In this document: piece by piece, positions 37,385 through 39,104 of the stretch
Layout of the letters: every line of letters starts with the position of its first letter
How positions within the stretch are numbered: the stretch's first letter is position 1
Source of the DNA: Nanobdellati archaeon
GTDB lineage: Archaea > EX4484-52 > WAPT01
Reading direction: 5' to 3'
Assembly: GCA_015520605.1 (NCBI GenBank)
Contig: WAPT01000025.1
Span: forward strand, 1-39,104
DNA: 39,104 nucleotides
The notes under the pieces: model-generated
The model's database searches: none
What the model was told of the DNA's origin: nothing
The model's input: the letters and a program-made list of their open reading frames with translations, nothing else
Position numbers and translations under genes: made by a program

Positions 37385-37826
37385 TCTTATCCCTCTTCTC
37401 AGCAAGCTTCTTGACAATCCCGTGCGCAAATTTTAAAGCCTGTTTATCGTTTTCCCACGTCAGTAGCTTCATAGCTTCCTCATACTTCACCCACCTGTAA
37501 GCATCATGCTCCACCACCGGCTCTCTCTGTAGCACGACGGCCTGAGAGGAGTCCGCCCTTACCAAGTATTGCTTGTAGGAATAAGATGTCCCGCCTTCCG
37601 CTTTCCACTCCGACTTCGGTAGCTCTGTGATAATTTCATTAACCTCCAGTCCGGTCTCCTCCTTTATTTCCCGCTTAAGCGCTTCAATATGATCCTCGTC
37701 CTCTTCCACACCTCCTTTTGGAAACTCCCATCCCCGCCAGTTCAGCACACGGTGAAGAAGAAGATATATAGGTTCACCGTTCCTAATATCGAACACAACA
37801 CCCTTCACACCACGTCTCACGTCCAT
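37359..37826 (-). CDS. NUDIX hydrolase, Ap4A hydrolase-like
   Basis: WEFPKGGVE...ALKREIKEETGL and EHDAYRW...EA..LL. Probable start is ATG 37826. Confidence 0.88.
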   Translation of the reverse strand: MDVRRGVKGVVFDIRNGEPIYLLLHRVLNWRGWEFPKGGVEEDEDHIEALKREIKEETGLEVNEIITELPKSEWKAEGGTSYSYKQYLVRADSSQAVVLQREPVVEHDAYRWVKYEEAMKLLTWENDKQALKFAHGIVKKLAEKRDKNGSEGKES

Positions 37827-37878
37827 ATACAATCTAACCCGAGACAAATATTTATTATTATTTCATTCAATAAAAAAC

Positions 37879-38172
37879 ATGGTTTATCGGGAAATAAAAA
37901 GCGTTGAGCCATTCAGCATGGCAATCGTTACGGGAATAATCCTTGGTCTGCTCGCGCTAATAGCGGCGATTCTGTTACTCGCAGGGATGGAAGGTGTGCT
38001 CTACACAATTCCCTACGTTCAGCTCACAGCTAAAACGTTCGGTAAAAAAGCAGTTGTATGGACGCTACCCTTGCTTTACTTTGCGATAGGGTTCGTGGTT
38101 GCATATCTCGTCGCTGTAATTTATAACTTCGTTTCACGAAAGTACAGGGGAATACGGATAGAGCTGGAATGA
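37879..38172 (+). CDS. Small two-TM membrane protein (DUF3566-like pattern)
   Basis: EIKSVEPFS, two TM helices, then IYNFVS..Y.GI.IELE. Confidence 0.7.
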   Translation: MVYREIKSVEPFSMAIVTGIILGLLALIAAILLLAGMEGVLYTIPYVQLTAKTFGKKAVVWTLPLLYFAIGFVVAYLVAVIYNFVSRKYRGIRIELE

Positions 38173-38441
38173 TCGTGCGGTTTCAGCAGGACAAATGACG
38201 GACAAGTTTTCAGAAATCCTAGTATCATCAGTGTTGGGTTCAAAAGAGCAGGAGAGGAGAAGCACCGGTACAAGAAAAACCGGGAAGTGTTAAAGAACGT
38301 ATCAAACTGAAAGTAATGAGGCAGGACCGAAAGTAGAACGCTGGTTATGAGAATGGGATCTCCGACAGTACCGGGTTCGGTTTTCCGTAACTAAAGCACC
38401 TGAATTAACGGTCGCCGGTATTCCCGCTGGAAGTGAATCCT

Positions 38442-38933
38442 TTATTCCTTTTCCATCTTTTTGAGCTTTATGAGATCCCCGAGGGTTATTCCATAACCAC
38501 TCTTCTTTTTCCTGCTCTCCTCGTCTTTCTCCTCTGTAGTAACTTCAGAGGGTTGAAGCTTTTCTAGGAGCTTTATGTTAAGAACTTTCTCTATTTTCCT
38601 AGCAAGCTTGATATCTGGAGTTATTTCTTCCCTCTCTATCTTGGAAAGAAGAGTTGTTTTTATCATCAGCTTTGCCGCAAGCTCCTCCTGTGTCATGCCT
38701 TTGGATTCTCTTGTTTTCTTTATCAGCTGGCCGTAGTTTTCAACCAAATCCTCGCTTGTCACTTCATCCCCAGAAGAAAGAACCCGCTCACCTTTTATTC
38801 TTGTTACCTTCTTTGGTGAGGACTTATCACCAAAGGCAGCACATTTTTCACACACAAGAAGAGTACTGCCCTCAATTTCGACCTCAACGAGCTTGCCGAA
38901 CCTTCCGCAGAGTTCACATTCACCCTCTTCCAT
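38442..38933 (-). CDS. mbf1: Archaeal multiprotein bridging factor aMBF1 (Zn ribbon + Cro-like HTH)
   Basis: CELCG...IEG..L.VCEKC, LVENYG..I...RE..GMTQEELA and TLGD. Confidence 0.93.
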   Translation of the reverse strand: MEEGECELCGRFGKLVEVEIEGSTLLVCEKCAAFGDKSSPKKVTRIKGERVLSSGDEVTSEDLVENYGQLIKKTRESKGMTQEELAAKLMIKTTLLSKIEREEITPDIKLARKIEKVLNIKLLEKLQPSEVTTEEKDEESRKKKSGYGITLGDLIKLKKMEKE

Positions 38934-38987
38934 AAACTCACCCAGGGCATACTAAGCTTTTAATTTGGGGTCGAAAAATTTAAATGC

Positions 38988-39104
38988 ATGGTTAAATGTC
39001 CTGAAAAAATCTTCAGAGTACATGTTAAAGAAGCGTACGAATCCATAGCGGAGGAGTTCAGCAGAACAAGATCTCGCGCATGGCGAGAAGTTGAGGAGTT
39101 TCTG
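38988..39104 (+). CDS. 5' end of Trm9/ALKBH8-like SAM-dependent methyltransferase (truncated by window edge)
   Basis: MVKCPEKIFRVHVKEAYESIAEEFSRTRSRAWREVEEFL matches the Trm9-type N-terminus HV...Y..IA..FS.TR...W..V..FL. Confidence 0.7.
   Translation, partial: MVKCPEKIFRVHVKEAYESIAEEFSRTRSRAWREVEEFL

Noticed and set aside
1-39104. CRISPR array, rRNA, tRNA, IS element, integrase, intein
   Set aside because: No regularly spaced repeats, RNA consensus motifs, transposase/recombinase motifs or oversized conserved proteins were seen by eye. A tRNAscan/Infernal run would be needed to exclude RNA genes fully.

Overview
Archaeal chromosomal window with dense coding, class I LysRS, GGGP synthase, aIF2alpha, Nop10, GINS, Rpo6 and aMBF1. 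Broken-up conserved operons and a giant surface protein suggest a reduced, possibly DPANN-like lineage (inference). The right half (19.5-39 kb) is mostly housekeeping: translation, RNA processing and lipid genes, plus one decayed MFS transporter. The left half (0.3-19.4 kb) holds an unusually complete dTMP/C1 gene set: dCMP deaminase, soluble MtrA- and MtrH-like proteins with no other Mtr subunit, a short archaeal ThyA followed by a flavin reductase, a tandem-domain ThyX, SHMT and a stand-alone DUF4346. Two + strand blocks interrupt this set: a wHTH gene plus a 3028-aa LamG/Ig-repeat membrane-anchored surface protein, and an Lrp-GNAT-M20 operon. The main hypothesis is a corrinoid/pterin methyltransferase module (MtrA/MtrH/DUF4346) serving thymidylate synthesis rather than methanogenesis. 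No tRNA, rRNA, CRISPR array, integrase or transposase was recognised. All family calls come from motif recognition by eye, not database searches.
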